A stretch of DNA of 64,000 bases from an uncultured Actinomycetes bacterium (GTDB lineage: Bacteria > Actinomycetota > UBA4738 > HRBIN12), in NCBI GenBank assembly GCA_963704885.1, contig CAVPIB010000001.1, positions 608,001-672,000 of the forward strand, in the 5' to 3' direction. The notes under the pieces were generated by a model. That model was given only the letters and a program-made list of their open reading frames with translations, ran no database searches and was not told the origin of the DNA. Position 1 is the stretch's first letter, and each line of letters begins with the position of its first letter. The translations under genes and the position numbers were made by a program. Shown here in pieces: positions 48,796 through 59,522 of the stretch.

Positions 48796-49854
48796 GTGGG
48801 AAACATCCTGGTAGTCGATGACGATCCGCTGAACCAGCGCTTGCTAACCGGCACGCTCGAGCGCTTCGGGCACACGACCTCGTCGGCGTTGGATGGGAGC
48901 ACCGCCTTGACGATGCTCGCGGATACTCCTCCGGACGTCGTGCTGCTCGACCTGGTTATGCCCGGCATGGACGGGATGCAGGTGCTCGAGCGCATCAAGG
49001 CTGATCCCGACCTCCGGCACCTGCCGGTGATCGTGATCAGTGGCGTAGACGACGCCGAGAGCATCGTCCGCTGCATCGAGATGGGCGCCGAGGATTTCCT
49101 GCCCAAGCCGTTCGACCCTGTGATCTTGAAGGCGCGCGTGAACGCGGGGCTGAACCGCAAACAGCTGCACGACCTCGAGCAGGAGCGGGTGCGGAGCGTC
49201 TTCGCGCGGCTCGTCCCCGAGTCGGTCGTGGGCGCGTTGCTCGACCGAACAGAGGGCGGCTCCACGATCCCCGCCGAGTCGCTCACCGGCACGGTGCTGT
49301 TCGGCGATCTGCGCGGCTTCACGCCGTTCGCGGAGGCCCGCCCCGTCGATCAGGTGATCGGCGTGCTCAACCGATACCTGGGGTTGATGACCGACGCGAT
49401 CCTGGATCACGGCGGCACGCTCGTGGACTACATGGGCGACGGCGTGATGGCCGCGTTCGGCGCGCCGGTGCCCATGGGAGATCACGCCGATCGCGCGGTC
49501 GCGGCCGCCCGCGAGATGTCGACCGACAAGCTCGCCGCATTCAACGACTGGCTCGAGGGGACCGGGATCGGCGACCGGTTCCGGATGGGGATCGGGCTCA
49601 ACTCGGGCCCCGTGATGTCTGGCAGCGTCGGCTCGGAGCGACGTCTGGAGTACGCGGTGATCGGCGACACGGTGAACACGGCGTCACGGATCGAAGGGCT
49701 CACGAAGCAAGTGCCGCACGCCGTGCTCCTGGCCGAGGGCACCTACACCTCACTGCGATCGACCGAGGGGCTCACGTTCGTCGACGAGTTCGAGATCCGC
49801 GGCCGTCGGTCGAGGATCAAGGTGTGGGCCCTTGAGCACCCATCGGAGCGCTGA
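48796..49854 (+). CDS. Response regulator receiver - class III adenylate cyclase fusion
   Basis: VVDDD, LLDLVMP, KPF; FGDLRGFT, DYMGDG, GDTVNTASR. Confidence 0.92.
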   Translation: MGNILVVDDDPLNQRLLTGTLERFGHTTSSALDGSTALTMLADTPPDVVLLDLVMPGMDGMQVLERIKADPDLRHLPVIVISGVDDAESIVRCIEMGAEDFLPKPFDPVILKARVNAGLNRKQLHDLEQERVRSVFARLVPESVVGALLDRTEGGSTIPAESLTGTVLFGDLRGFTPFAEARPVDQVIGVLNRYLGLMTDAILDHGGTLVDYMGDGVMAAFGAPVPMGDHADRAVAAAREMSTDKLAAFNDWLEGTGIGDRFRMGIGLNSGPVMSGSVGSERRLEYAVIGDTVNTASRIEGLTKQVPHAVLLAEGTYTSLRSTEGLTFVDEFEIRGRRSRIKVWALEHPSER

Positions 49855-52800
49855 TGGGGGACGGCAAGAAGAAGAAGACGACGAAGGCGCTGAAACGGCG
49901 CATTTCCGAGCTCGAGGAACAGGAGGTCGAGTCCCGGCGCGCTGCGGAGGTGGACGCTGCGCTGTACCGGATCGCGCAGGCCGCCAGCTCCGTCACCGAC
50001 ATGCAGGCGTTCTATGCCGCGATGCACGGCATCGTCGGCGAGCTGATGGATGCCAGCAACTTCTACATCGCTCTTTACGACGAGGCGCGCCAGATGATCA
50101 ACTTCCCCTACTTCGTCGACGAGGTTGACCTGGACGTCCCGGACCCCAACGTGTGGGAGCCGTTCGGTGTCGGGAACGCACGGGGAACGACCGCCTACCT
50201 ACTGCGCACCGACCAGCCCACACTCATGGGTCCTGATGACTTCGACAAGCTGACCGCTGCAGGCGAGTTGGAGCTGGTCGGCGAGCTGGGCCAAGACTGG
50301 CTCGGGGTCCCATTGAAGTCCGAGGGCCACACCCTCGGCGTCCTCGTGGTCCAGACCTACACGCCCGACAAGCGGTTGACGAGGGCAGACCTGGACATCC
50401 TGACCATCGTGGGGGAGCACGTCGGGACCGCGCTCGAGCGCACCCGGCTGATAAACGAGACCCGCCAGCGCAGCGCCGAACTCACGTTCGTCAACGACGT
50501 CCAGCGGGGCCTGGCGGAGCGGCTGGACATGCAGGCGATGTATGACCTGGTCGGGGATCGTATCCAAGAGATCTTCGATGCTCAGGTCGTGGACATCGGG
50601 GTCGTCGACCCCGACTCGGGCCTGATCCACTTCCCCTACACGATCGAGCGAGGCGTCCGGTTCCCGGACAAGCCGATCGAGCTGATCGGCTTCCGGCGGA
50701 TGTCGCTCGAGACCCGGGAGCCCGTTGTCATCAACGAGGATGTCGGACGCGCGGCGACCGAGGTAGGGCAGCCCTTGGTGCTCACCGGCGAACCGCCGAA
50801 GTCGTCCGTCTTCGTTCCGCTAGTGGTCGGCGACCGGGGGACCGGTGTCATCTCGCTACAGAACCTCGACCGGGAGCACGCGTTCAACGACGCGGACGTG
50901 CGCCTCCTGACCACGCTCGCCGGCAGTTTGAGCGTGGCGCTCGAGAACGCGCGGCTGTTCGACGAGTCTCGGCGGCGCGGCACCGAGATGGCGGCCCTCG
51001 CGGAGCTGGGGCGCGAGATCGGGGGGTTGCTCGACCTCGACGCGGTGCTTCGCCGCATCGCGGAGCGGGCACGGGACCTGCTGCGGGCGGACACGAGCGC
51101 CGTCTTCTTGGAGGAGGGCCCGGGCGCCGGGCGGTTCGTGCCGCTCGTGGCGCTCGGCGATCTGGCGGACCTCATCATGGCGGACTCGATACAACTAGGT
51201 GAGGGCGTGATCGGCGACGTCGCGAGCCGCGGCTCGGCCGAGGTGGTGAACGACCTCAAGCGCGATCCGCGCGCGGTCCAGATCCCAGGCTCGGAGGAGG
51301 ACCAGGAGGAGCGTCTCATGGCCGCCCCTCTCCTGTCCCGTGGGCGCGTGATCGGGATGATGGCGATCTGGCGCACGGACGCTCACGCGGAGCCGTTCAC
51401 GGCCGACGATCTCAACTTCTTGGTCGGCCTCTCACAGCAGGCCGCGGTCGCGATCGAGAACGCCCGCTTGTTCCAGGAGAGCGACCGGCAGAAGCAATAC
51501 TTCGAGTCTCTCGTCGACATCAGCCCCGTCGCGGTCGTCACGATGGATCCAGACGAGGTCGTGTCCGGCTGGAACCCGTCTGCCGAGCGGTTGTTCGGCT
51601 ACTCCGCGCAGGACGCGATCGGACGGACGATCGACTCGCTCGTGATCAAGTCGTCCGAGTACGCCGACGAGGGGGAGGCGATCGTCCGCGAGGCGCTGGA
51701 GCAGGGCCGGTCGCACCGTTTGACGCGTCGGATGCGGGCCGACGGCGAGTTCGTCGAGGTCGAGGTGGACGTCGTTCCTTTGGTGGTCGACGGCCAGCAC
51801 CAGGGGTTCTACGGGATCTACCACGATGTCACCGAGCTCCAGGAGGCCCGCCGCACCGCCGACTCGGCCAACGAGGCGAAGAGCGCGTTCTTGGCCACGA
51901 TGAGCCACGAGATCCGCACTCCGATGAACGCGATCATCGGCATGAGCGGGCTGCTGTCGGGCACGGCATTGAACGACGAGCAGCGCGAGTACGCCACGAC
52001 GGTCTCGTCGAGCAGCGAGGCCCTCCTCGCGATCATCAACGACATCCTCGACTTCTCCAAGATCGAGGCCGGGAAGATGGAGCTGGAGGAGGCGCCGTTC
52101 GACCTGCGTGGCTGCATAGAGTCGGTCGTCGAGCTGGTCGGGCCCGTGGCCGGGGGGAAGGGCCTCGAGGTCACCTACCTCATGGAACCGGACACGCCGG
52201 AGGTCGCCGTCGGCGACGCGAGCCGGCTGCGGCAGATCCTGCTGAACCTGCTGAACAACGCGGTGAAGTTCACCGAGACCGGGGAGGTCGTGGTCACGGC
52301 CGGCTCGGCGCCGGCGTCCGTCGACGGGAAGCTCGGCTTCCGGGTCTCGGTCCGCGACACCGGGATCGGGATCTCGCCGGACCGGGTCGACCGGCTCTTC
52401 CGGTCGTTCAGCCAGGCCGACGTCTCGACCAGCCGCCGTTACGGCGGGACCGGCCTGGGCCTCGCGATCAGCAGGCGGCTGGCGGAGCTGATGGGTGGAA
52501 CGGTGACCGTCCAGAGCTCCGGCGTCCCAGGTGAGGGCAGCACTTTCCATCTGACGTTCGAGGCCGGGGCCACGGACATGACGCCGACCGCCCTGCGGCG
52601 GGATGGATCCCTAGGGGGCCGTCGCGCCCTGGTCGTGGACGACAACGCTACGAACCTGCGGCTCATGACCGAGCTGCTCGGCGCCTGGGGCCTAGAGGTC
52701 GTCACCGCCCCGGGCGTCGACGAGGCGCTGGCGGTGCTAGATGAGGGGACGTTCGACGTGGCGGTCCTCGACATGCTGATGCCCGGTGCGGACGGGTTGG

Positions 52801-53792
52801 ATCTGGCAGCGTCGCTCCATGCTCGCCTGCCGGACCTACCTGCGATCCTGGCATCGTCCGTTGGGCGGCGGGAGGTGGAGGCCGATCCCCGCTGGACGCT
52901 CGCGGGGATCGCGGCCGTCGTTACGAAGCCGATCAGGGCCTCGACGCTATACGCCGCCGTCGCGTCGGTCCTGGGCGAAGCGTCCGGGGATCGGGCCGAG
53001 GGCCGAACGACGGACGAGATCGACGGGGAGCTCGGCGCCAGGCATCCGCTGCGGATCTTGCTCGCCGAAGACAACGTGGTGAACCAGAAGCTGGCGATCC
53101 GGCTGCTGGAGAAGATGGGCTACCGCGCGGACATCGCCGCTAACGGCGTGGAAGCGCTCGAAGCGCTCGAACGCCAGCCCTACGACCTGCTACTCAGTGA
53201 CGTGCAGATGCCCGAGATGGATGGTGTCGAAACCACGCGCCGGATCCTGAAGCGGTGGGAACCGCAAGACCGGCCGTGGATCGTCGCGATGACCGCCGAG
53301 GCGATGCAGGGCGACCGCGAGCGGTTCCTGGCGGCCGGGATGAACGACTACGTCATGAAGCCGATCCGGACCGAGGAGCTCGTGGCGGCGATCGAGCGGA
53401 CCCCGCGCCGTGGCGACGGCGAGCCGGCCGCGACGGGACCGGTGGACGAGAAGGTCATCGAGAGGCTCGTTGAGAGCACCGGCGACGGGTCGTTCGTGGC
53501 GGAGCTGATCGATCAGTTCCGCGCCGACGCGCTCGGCCTGGTCGAGACCGCGAGGGCCGGCGTGGCCGCAGGAGACGCCGACGAGGTCCGCCGCGCCGTG
53601 CACACCCTCACGTCGAACGCGGCCACGTTCGGCGCGACAGATCTCGCCGTGCAGAGCCGGCAACTCGAGGAGTCGGCGAAGAGCGGGTCTCTCGAAGACG
53701 TCGGGCTGCGCCTGGACGCGATCGCCGAGCAGGTGGAACGGGTTCGCGGATCCCTGGCAGCCGCGAAGCAACGACTCTCCGGATCGCGATAG
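49854..53792 (+). CDS. Hybrid histidine kinase (3xGAF-PAS-HisKA-HATPase-2xREC-Hpt)
   Basis: [32 protein letters not shown], two receivers, RRAVHTL Hpt. Confidence 0.94.
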   Translation: MGDGKKKKTTKALKRRISELEEQEVESRRAAEVDAALYRIAQAASSVTDMQAFYAAMHGIVGELMDASNFYIALYDEARQMINFPYFVDEVDLDVPDPNVWEPFGVGNARGTTAYLLRTDQPTLMGPDDFDKLTAAGELELVGELGQDWLGVPLKSEGHTLGVLVVQTYTPDKRLTRADLDILTIVGEHVGTALERTRLINETRQRSAELTFVNDVQRGLAERLDMQAMYDLVGDRIQEIFDAQVVDIGVVDPDSGLIHFPYTIERGVRFPDKPIELIGFRRMSLETREPVVINEDVGRAATEVGQPLVLTGEPPKSSVFVPLVVGDRGTGVISLQNLDREHAFNDADVRLLTTLAGSLSVALENARLFDESRRRGTEMAALAELGREIGGLLDLDAVLRRIAERARDLLRADTSAVFLEEGPGAGRFVPLVALGDLADLIMADSIQLGEGVIGDVASRGSAEVVNDLKRDPRAVQIPGSEEDQEERLMAAPLLSRGRVIGMMAIWRTDAHAEPFTADDLNFLVGLSQQAAVAIENARLFQESDRQKQYFESLVDISPVAVVTMDPDEVVSGWNPSAERLFGYSAQDAIGRTIDSLVIKSSEYADEGEAIVREALEQGRSHRLTRRMRADGEFVEVEVDVVPLVVDGQHQGFYGIYHDVTELQEARRTADSANEAKSAFLATMSHEIRTPMNAIIGMSGLLSGTALNDEQREYATTVSSSSEALLAIINDILDFSKIEAGKMELEEAPFDLRGCIESVVELVGPVAGGKGLEVTYLMEPDTPEVAVGDASRLRQILLNLLNNAVKFTETGEVVVTAGSAPASVDGKLGFRVSVRDTGIGISPDRVDRLFRSFSQADVSTSRRYGGTGLGLAISRRLAELMGGTVTVQSSGVPGEGSTFHLTFEAGATDMTPTALRRDGSLGGRRALVVDDNATNLRLMTELLGAWGLEVVTAPGVDEALAVLDEGTFDVAVLDMLMPGADGLDLAASLHARLPDLPAILASSVGRREVEADPRWTLAGIAAVVTKPIRASTLYAAVASVLGEASGDRAEGRTTDEIDGELGARHPLRILLAEDNVVNQKLAIRLLEKMGYRADIAANGVEALEALERQPYDLLLSDVQMPEMDGVETTRRILKRWEPQDRPWIVAMTAEAMQGDRERFLAAGMNDYVMKPIRTEELVAAIERTPRRGDGEPAATGPVDEKVIERLVESTGDGSFVAELIDQFRADALGLVETARAGVAAGDADEVRRAVHTLTSNAATFGATDLAVQSRQLEESAKSGSLEDVGLRLDAIAEQVERVRGSLAAAKQRLSGSR

Positions 53793-53831
53793 CTCAGCTG
53801 CTTCTTGACGTTCGGCCACCTCTCCGATAAT

Positions 53832-53851
53832 ACTTAACTAGATGGTTCAGT
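53832..53851. promoter_or_regulatory. Imperfect palindrome over the ArsR start, probable operator
   Basis: ACTTAACTAGATGGTTCAGT. Confidence 0.5.
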
Positions 53852-54180
53852 CTCAGGTGCTCGACCGGACGTTCTCGGCGCTGTCGGATCCGACGCGGCG
53901 CGTCATCCTCGAACGCTTGGCGACGGGACCGGCCTCCATCAGTCAACTGGCAGAACCGATCGGCATCTCGCTCCCCGGGGTGATGAAGCACGTCCGCATC
54001 CTGGAGGAGGCGAAGCTCGTGATCACCGAGAAGCACGGCCGCACTCGTGAGTGCCGCCTGGGCCCGGATCAGATGGACGACGCCACTCGTTGGATCGAGC
54101 ACTACCGCGAGCAGTGGGAAGGCCGGCTCGATCGGCTGGAGGCATACCTCGAGCAGAAACAGAAGGGGGAACGGTCATGA
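53842..54180 (+). CDS. ArsR/SmtB-family regulator
   Basis: FSALSDPTRRVILERL, KHVRILEEAKLV, GRTR. Confidence 0.92.
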   Translation: MVQSQVLDRTFSALSDPTRRVILERLATGPASISQLAEPIGISLPGVMKHVRILEEAKLVITEKHGRTRECRLGPDQMDDATRWIEHYREQWEGRLDRLEAYLEQKQKGERS

Positions 54181-54644
54181 CAGAGAGCACGGCACCGAAG
54201 CTGGAGGAGCGGGGCGACCTCACCGTGACACGCATCTTCGACGCACCGCGGGAGATGGTGTTCCGGGCCTTCCTGGAACCCGAACAGCTCACGCGCTTCT
54301 GGGGTCCAGTCGGCGTCTCGACCCCCGTTTCGAACATCACGATCGACCCGCGAGTGGGGGGCGTCTTCGAGACGATCATGGTGTCCGACGAGGACGGCAC
54401 CGAGTACCCGACCAAGGGGATCTTCGTCGAGCTGGTGGAGCCCGAGCGGATCGTTTGGCGCGACCCAGAAGTCGGCGAGACGCAAACCCTCACGTTCAAC
54501 GACCTCGGTGGCAAGACCGAGCTGGTCATCCTTCAGGTCAACCTCCCAGCGGACTACAGGACCCCGGAGTCCCTAGCCGGCTTCAACAGCTACCTCGACC
54601 GGCTGGCCGAGCACCTTGCGCGCAAGCAAGCAGGGGGTGCCTAG
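54177..54644 (+). CDS. SRPBCC (AHSA1-like) protein
   Basis: TRIFDAPREMVFRAF, DPRVGG, EPERIV; ATGA overlap with ArsR. Confidence 0.9.
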   Translation: MTESTAPKLEERGDLTVTRIFDAPREMVFRAFLEPEQLTRFWGPVGVSTPVSNITIDPRVGGVFETIMVSDEDGTEYPTKGIFVELVEPERIVWRDPEVGETQTLTFNDLGGKTELVILQVNLPADYRTPESLAGFNSYLDRLAEHLARKQAGGA

Positions 54645-55474
54645 GGGATCAGCCCGAACACCGTGGAGGGCGCTCCCGATCCCTCCCGGTTCCTCGGGCC
54701 TCCCCACGTGATCCAGGCTCCGACCGCGGGCAACGCTCCCAGGTTCGTCAGGTTCTCCAGCGTGAAGCGGTGCTTGTGGAGCGTTAGCGAGGTCTCGCGG
54801 TAGTGGAAGTCGCTGCCCGGGTCTGGACCGAACGTGTCGGTCCCAAGCGCGCCGCGTCTGCCCAGCACGCCCTGCTCGAGTAGCCACTTCACCGACGCCA
54901 GCGAGAACCCGGGCTGGTGGAAGCCGCCCTTGCCGCTGCCGCACGAGTAGTAGCTGATCGTGCCGGGTCCGCGGTCGGGTCCCCAGAACTCGTCACAGCC
55001 GGTCCTAAGGAGCACGGCCGCCTCCTGCGGCATGGGGCCGTTCGCCGCGACCCACGCTTCGAGGTCTGCCACCTTGACCACGTAGTCGACGTCGTCGGCG
55101 ACCTGCGCGCGCACGTCGATCACCACGGCCGGCAGGAAGAAGTCGCCCGGATCCATCGCATCGGCGCAGAGCGCGTTCGCATGGAAGTGGCACGGCGAGC
55201 TGTAGTGCGTACCCGTGTGCTCGCCCTCGCTGGCGTTCTGCAGGTAGAAGCCGTCGTTCGCCACGGTGAAGACCGTCCGCAGCCGGAACCGAGGATCGCC
55301 CGGGAACCCCGGTGTAACCGCGGGATCGTTCACGTGGCTCAGGAACACCACCTGACCGAACCCCGGCAGGGCGATCTCCGTGCCAGTGTCTACGCCACCG
55401 CGCGATGCGCCGGCGGCGTAACTGCCGGCCGCGACGATCGCTATGACCGCTGTGAGAGCGAGCATCTTCCGCAT
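54641..55474 (-). CDS. Cyclase-family (kynurenine formamidase-like) metal hydrolase with signal peptide
   Basis: EHTGTHYSSPCH, LRTG, PGF, GTDT, LENLTNL, GSGAP. Confidence 0.82.
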   Translation of the reverse strand: MRKMLALTAVIAIVAAGSYAAGASRGGVDTGTEIALPGFGQVVFLSHVNDPAVTPGFPGDPRFRLRTVFTVANDGFYLQNASEGEHTGTHYSSPCHFHANALCADAMDPGDFFLPAVVIDVRAQVADDVDYVVKVADLEAWVAANGPMPQEAAVLLRTGCDEFWGPDRGPGTISYYSCGSGKGGFHQPGFSLASVKWLLEQGVLGRRGALGTDTFGPDPGSDFHYRETSLTLHKHRFTLENLTNLGALPAVGAWITWGGPRNREGSGAPSTVFGLIP

Positions 55475-55505
55475 GACTCCATACCTCCCTCTGCGAGGAC
55501 GGGGC

Positions 55506-56792
55506 TCAGGCCCCGGCCATGACGGACTCGAGCAGGTCGGCGCCCTTGATCCGACCGGGGTCGGCCTGGATCGCCTTCGAGTGCGCAGCCATCCGCGCCT
55601 TCAGGTCGTCGTCGGCGAGCAGCCGGTTCACGGCGCCGATCAGCTGATCGTCGGTCCAGTCGTACGTGGGGAGCCGCTCGCCGAACCCGGTCTCCCGCAA
55701 CCTTTGTGCGTTGTCGTACTGATCCCAGAACAGCGGCAGGCCGATCATCGGCAGGCCGAAGTGGAACCCTTCGCACACCGTGTTGTTCCCGCCGTGTGTG
55801 ATCAGCAGGTCGCACTGCGGCAGGATCGACGGCTGCGGCAGGAACTGATCGCCGTACATGTTGGGGCCGAGCGCCATCTGGTCCTTCAGCGGTCCCATCG
55901 ACACGATCGTGCGGTGCTCGGTCTTGGCCATCGCATCGATCAGGCGCTGCATCAGCCCGACGTCCATACAGCCGAGCGATCCGAGCGACAGGTAGATCAC
56001 CTTGCCCTCGCCGGGTACCTGCTCGGCGACATCGAACGGCGCGTCGCTGGTCCGCACGGTGGAGTTCAGGCGATGCCACGTGGAGTCCAACGGTCGTGCT
56101 CGTGGGTAGTCGGCGACCTCTGGGAACAGGTAGAGGTTCGCCCACGGCGAGTTGGTGTTGAACTCGTCGATCGGGCAGGGGTCGACACCCACGGACGCGC
56201 GGAAGTCGTTGTGCTCCTTCAGGAGGGCCTCGTGCTGGGCGTGGTACTCATCCCGGAACGCCTGCCACTCGCTCCGATCGTCGATCGGCAGACCCGACAG
56301 GACCGGGGGCAGATCCGGATCGCGCATCTCCAGCGGGTTCGCCGAGACGAACCGGACCCACGGACAACCCGCGAGCTCGACCGCGGGGTACCCCGTGACG
56401 TTGTCGGTGCAAACGACGTCGGGGTGGATGTCGTCCCAGATCTCCATGAGCCGAGGGTGCGAGTACTGCGCGCCGGCCACTAGCGTCTCCCAGATGGGTT
56501 TCGTCACCGTGGCGATCTGCTCGATCGTGGGTTTGCGGAACTCCGGCGCGGTCGCCCGGATGAACTCGGCCCACGGGTCGGCGGTCGGATCCGCGTTCTC
56601 CTCGGGCGGCGCCATGCGCATCATGCGCTCCTCGAACCCGCGCTTCTCCAGCTCCCCTTCGAACGACTCGTCCACCACGAACACGATCCGATGTCCGCGC
56701 TCGGCGAGCACGTTGGCGATCGCGACGCAGTTGTTGGTGGGTCCCCACGCGCCCGGCTCGGGGAAGAAGGCGATCGACTTCGCGTCAGCCAT
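55506..56792 (-). CDS. GT1 (MGT/UGT-like) glycosyltransferase
   Basis: YLSLGS, FLPQ, ITHGGNNTVCE, PLFWDQ. Confidence 0.9.
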   Translation of the reverse strand: MADAKSIAFFPEPGAWGPTNNCVAIANVLAERGHRIVFVVDESFEGELEKRGFEERMMRMAPPEENADPTADPWAEFIRATAPEFRKPTIEQIATVTKPIWETLVAGAQYSHPRLMEIWDDIHPDVVCTDNVTGYPAVELAGCPWVRFVSANPLEMRDPDLPPVLSGLPIDDRSEWQAFRDEYHAQHEALLKEHNDFRASVGVDPCPIDEFNTNSPWANLYLFPEVADYPRARPLDSTWHRLNSTVRTSDAPFDVAEQVPGEGKVIYLSLGSLGCMDVGLMQRLIDAMAKTEHRTIVSMGPLKDQMALGPNMYGDQFLPQPSILPQCDLLITHGGNNTVCEGFHFGLPMIGLPLFWDQYDNAQRLRETGFGERLPTYDWTDDQLIGAVNRLLADDDLKARMAAHSKAIQADPGRIKGADLLESVMAGA

Positions 56793-56849
56793 GGGCTCGG
56801 AGGCTACGACGCGCGCGCCTTCCGCGCCACCGGGAGGATGCTCCGGGCG

Positions 56850-57263
56850 TCAGGGGAGGAGCTCGAAGGCTTCTACGTGGTTCGGACGCACGGCGCTGAA
56901 GTCGCGGCGATCGAGCGTCGCGATCTGCGTGACCCCGAGTCGTTCGGCCAGGGCCACCAGCGATGCATCCACGGTTCCCAGGGGCAAGTTCCGATATCGA
57001 GCGATGAGCTCGATCATCCGCGGCCAGTCCTCCGCGTCGACCGGCATCACCTCGAGCGACCCACTCGCGAGGTCCTGCAGGAAGCGGATCTCCGATGTCG
57101 TTCCGAGCCGCGTTCTTGCCAGGTAGGTGACCTCGGAGACCGCCAGCGCCGGGATGAAGAGCGGACCGCGATGGCGCTCGAGGAGCAGCCGGCATGGGCC
57201 GTGGTGCCGATCGCTGTGATCGAGGTAGGCGAAGAGCGGGCCGGTATCGACGACGAGGCCTAC
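56850..57263 (-). CDS. vapC: VapC PIN toxin; expected start position reads GTA
   Basis: LVVDTGPLFAYLD..D.HH, VSEV, VDASLVALAERL, TLDRRDF. Confidence 0.85.
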   Translation of the reverse strand, partial: VGLVVDTGPLFAYLDHSDRHHGPCRLLLERHRGPLFIPALAVSEVTYLARTRLGTTSEIRFLQDLASGSLEVMPVDAEDWPRMIELIARYRNLPLGTVDASLVALAERLGVTQIATLDRRDFSAVRPNHVEAFELLP

Positions 57264-57508
57264 GGCTCGCTCCCGTGTTCTGCGAACCGCTCCGCTTCCT
57301 CGGTCAGGATCTCCTCGATCCGTTCCGAGAGATCCGAGCGACCGCTCCGACCCGAGGCCGTTCCCACGAGGCGGCGTCGGGCTCCGACGCCTAGGTATAA
57401 CTCGATCGCCTCGCGCGTGAGCGCGGATATCGTGGTCCCTCGGCGTTCGGCCTCCTGGCGGAGCTTGGCGTCCAGGTCCTCGGGTAGCTTCACGGTCGTC
57501 CTCTTCAT
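57260..57508 (-). CDS. vapB: CopG/RHH antitoxin
   Basis: MKRTTVKLPEDLDAKLRQEAERRGTTISALTREAI...SDLSERIEEIL. Confidence 0.88.
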   Translation of the reverse strand: MKRTTVKLPEDLDAKLRQEAERRGTTISALTREAIELYLGVGARRRLVGTASGRSGRSDLSERIEEILTEEAERFAEHGSEP

Positions 57509-57509
57509 G

Positions 57510-57523
57510 GTATGCCAGCATAC
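57510..57523. promoter_or_regulatory. Palindrome GTATGC-CA-GCATAC overlapping the -10 (TATGCT), probable TA operator
   Basis: Inverted repeat immediately before the antitoxin ATG. Confidence 0.55.
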
Positions 57524-57576
57524 TCCTGACAAGGCTGGCATGGAACGGTCGGGCCGACCGTGATCGGCGTCACACC

Positions 57577-58998
57577 TCAGCAGTCGTAATACAGGTGGAA
57601 CTCGTACGGGTGGGGGCGCAGGCGCACCGCGTCCACCTCGTGGATCCGCTTGTACTCGATCCACGTGTCGATCACGTCCTGCGTGAACACGCCGCCCTCC
57701 AGCAGCCACTGGTGGTCGTTCTCGAGGCTGTCCAGCACCTCTTCGAGCGAGCCGGGCACCTGCTTGACCATCGCCTTCTCCTCGGGCGGCAGGTCGTACA
57801 GGTCCTTGTCCATGGGCTCCGGCGGCTCGATCTTGTTCTTGATCCCGTCCAGTCCGGCCATGAGCATGGCGCTGAACGCCAGATACGGGTTGCAGGTCGG
57901 GTCCGGCGTGCGGAACTCAAGCCGCTTGGTCGCCGGGCTCTTGGAGAACACGGGGATCCGGATGCAGGCGCTGCGGTTCCGCTGGCTGTAGACCAAGTTG
58001 ATGGGTGCCTCGTAGCCCGGCACCAGCCGACGGTAGGAGTTCGTGGTGGGATTGGTGAAGGCCAGGAGCGAGGACGCGTGTGATAGCAACCCGCCGATGT
58101 ACCAGCGGCCCATGTCGCTGATCCCCGCGTAGCCGACCTCGTCCCAGAACAGGTTCTCGTCGTCGCGCCACAGGCTCTGATGCGTGTGCATGCCCGAGCC
58201 GTTGTCCATGAACAGAGGCTTGGGCATGAACGTCACGGTCTTACCGGCCTTCCAGGCCGTGTTCTTGACCACGTACTTGTACTTGAGGACGTTGTCGGCG
58301 GTGCGGAGCAGCGTGCCGTATCGCATGTCGATCTCGGCCTGTCCCGCCGTGCCCACCTCGTGGTGGTGGATCTCGATGTCGATACCCACCTTCTCCAGGT
58401 TCAGCACCATCTCGCTGCGCAGGTCCTGGTACTGGTCCATGGGGGGCAGGGGGAAGTAGCCCTCCTTGTAACGCGGCCGGTAGCCCAGGTTCTTGCCGCC
58501 CATCTCGGCACCCGAGTTCCAAACACCTTCGTCGGCATCGATGTGGTAATAGCCCTCGTGCTGGTTCTGGTCGAACCGGATCGAGTCGAAGATGTAGAAC
58601 TCGGCCTCCGGCCCCCAGTAGCTGATGTCGGCTATCCCGGTCTGCTTGAGGTACAGCTCGGCCTTCTTCGCCACGTAGCGCGGGTCACGGCTGTACATCT
58701 CACCGGTGACGGGGTCCTTCACGAAACAGTTGATGTTCAGCGTCCGGTGCTGCGTGAACGGGTCCATGTACGCGGTGTCGGGGTCGGCCACGAGCAGCAT
58801 GTCCGACTCCTGGATCTCCTGGAACCCTCGGATCGACGATCCGTCGAAACCGATCCCATCTTCGAATATCGACTCGTTGAGCTCGGCCGCGGGGACCGAG
58901 AAATGCTGCATGAGGCCCGGCAGGTCGCAGAAGCGATAGTCGACGATCTCCACCCCGTGTTCCTTAACCATGGCCAAGACGTCTTTCGGTGTAGCCAC
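57577..58998 (-). CDS. glnA: Glutamine synthetase I-beta
   Basis: [28 protein letters not shown], adenylylation motif DLYDLPPEE. Confidence 0.97.
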   Translation of the reverse strand: MATPKDVLAMVKEHGVEIVDYRFCDLPGLMQHFSVPAAELNESIFEDGIGFDGSSIRGFQEIQESDMLLVADPDTAYMDPFTQHRTLNINCFVKDPVTGEMYSRDPRYVAKKAELYLKQTGIADISYWGPEAEFYIFDSIRFDQNQHEGYYHIDADEGVWNSGAEMGGKNLGYRPRYKEGYFPLPPMDQYQDLRSEMVLNLEKVGIDIEIHHHEVGTAGQAEIDMRYGTLLRTADNVLKYKYVVKNTAWKAGKTVTFMPKPLFMDNGSGMHTHQSLWRDDENLFWDEVGYAGISDMGRWYIGGLLSHASSLLAFTNPTTNSYRRLVPGYEAPINLVYSQRNRSACIRIPVFSKSPATKRLEFRTPDPTCNPYLAFSAMLMAGLDGIKNKIEPPEPMDKDLYDLPPEEKAMVKQVPGSLEEVLDSLENDHQWLLEGGVFTQDVIDTWIEYKRIHEVDAVRLRPHPYEFHLYYDC

Positions 58999-59058
58999 CG
59001 GTCTTCCCCCTCGCTGCTCGACGACCCCCCAAGCCTAGGAGCGTGGCGGGGCCGAACC

Positions 59059-59085
59059 GTTTCTTGAGCGTTAACTCTGCGTAAC
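59059..59085 (-). promoter_or_regulatory. GlnR box upstream of glnA
   Basis: Minus strand GTTAC-N6-TTAAC-N6-GAAAC, upstream of -10 TAGGCT (59032-59037). Confidence 0.8.
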
Positions 59086-59089
59086 GAAC

Positions 59090-59114
59090 GGGCCCCGGCT
59101 TGGCGCCGGGGCCC
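59090..59114. terminator. GC hairpin, probable terminator
   Basis: GGGCCCCGGC-TTGGC-GCCGGGGCCC. Confidence 0.55.
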
Positions 59115-59244
59115 TGGATCGGTGCTTCCGTGGATCTGGGTTCTCGCCCTGTTCTTTTCGTCTCTACCGGTCGTGCCTTCGGCGGGCGGAGGTCCCCGTC
59201 CGAGGGGGGAGGTCCGTAGGGGGACCTCCGCGCCGAGGGCTGGC

Positions 59245-59394
59245 CTACCGGCCCCGACCGGACACCCGCTCGTCGTCCTTGCGGACGGGAACGAGAGCCG
59301 GCCAGGACCGGAGGATCGAACTCAGGATCGCTACGCCGAGGGGGAGGGTTCCCATCCAGAGGATGAGGATCGCGGTCCTGAGTTCGTCGGCCAT
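59245..59394 (-). CDS. Putative 49-aa single-TM small protein
   Basis: MADELRTAILILWMGTLPLGVAILSSILRSWPALVPVRKDDERVSGRGR, manually translated; no clear RBS. Confidence 0.4.
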   Translation of the reverse strand: MADELRTAILILWMGTLPLGVAILSSILRSWPALVPVRKDDERVSGRGR

Positions 59395-59522
59395 GTGCAG
59401 GTCATCGGTCGCCGAGGCTCTTGTGGCGCAGGCTCACTTGGGAGCATTTCTCGCTCCGCCGGTACCCGGGATCGAGTAAGACGTCCGCCCTTGGGCGACC
59501 GACGGGCCGTCTGCCGAGCCTC

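Noticed and set aside
48796-49854. Pycsar-type anti-phage cyclase
   Set aside because: Receiver-fused and coupled to a hybrid kinase; no adjacent cNMP-binding TIR or TM effector
56850-57521. 223-aa extended VapC starting at ATG 57521
   Set aside because: That ATG lies inside the predicted -10/operator, and the extension is an off-frame read of the antitoxin
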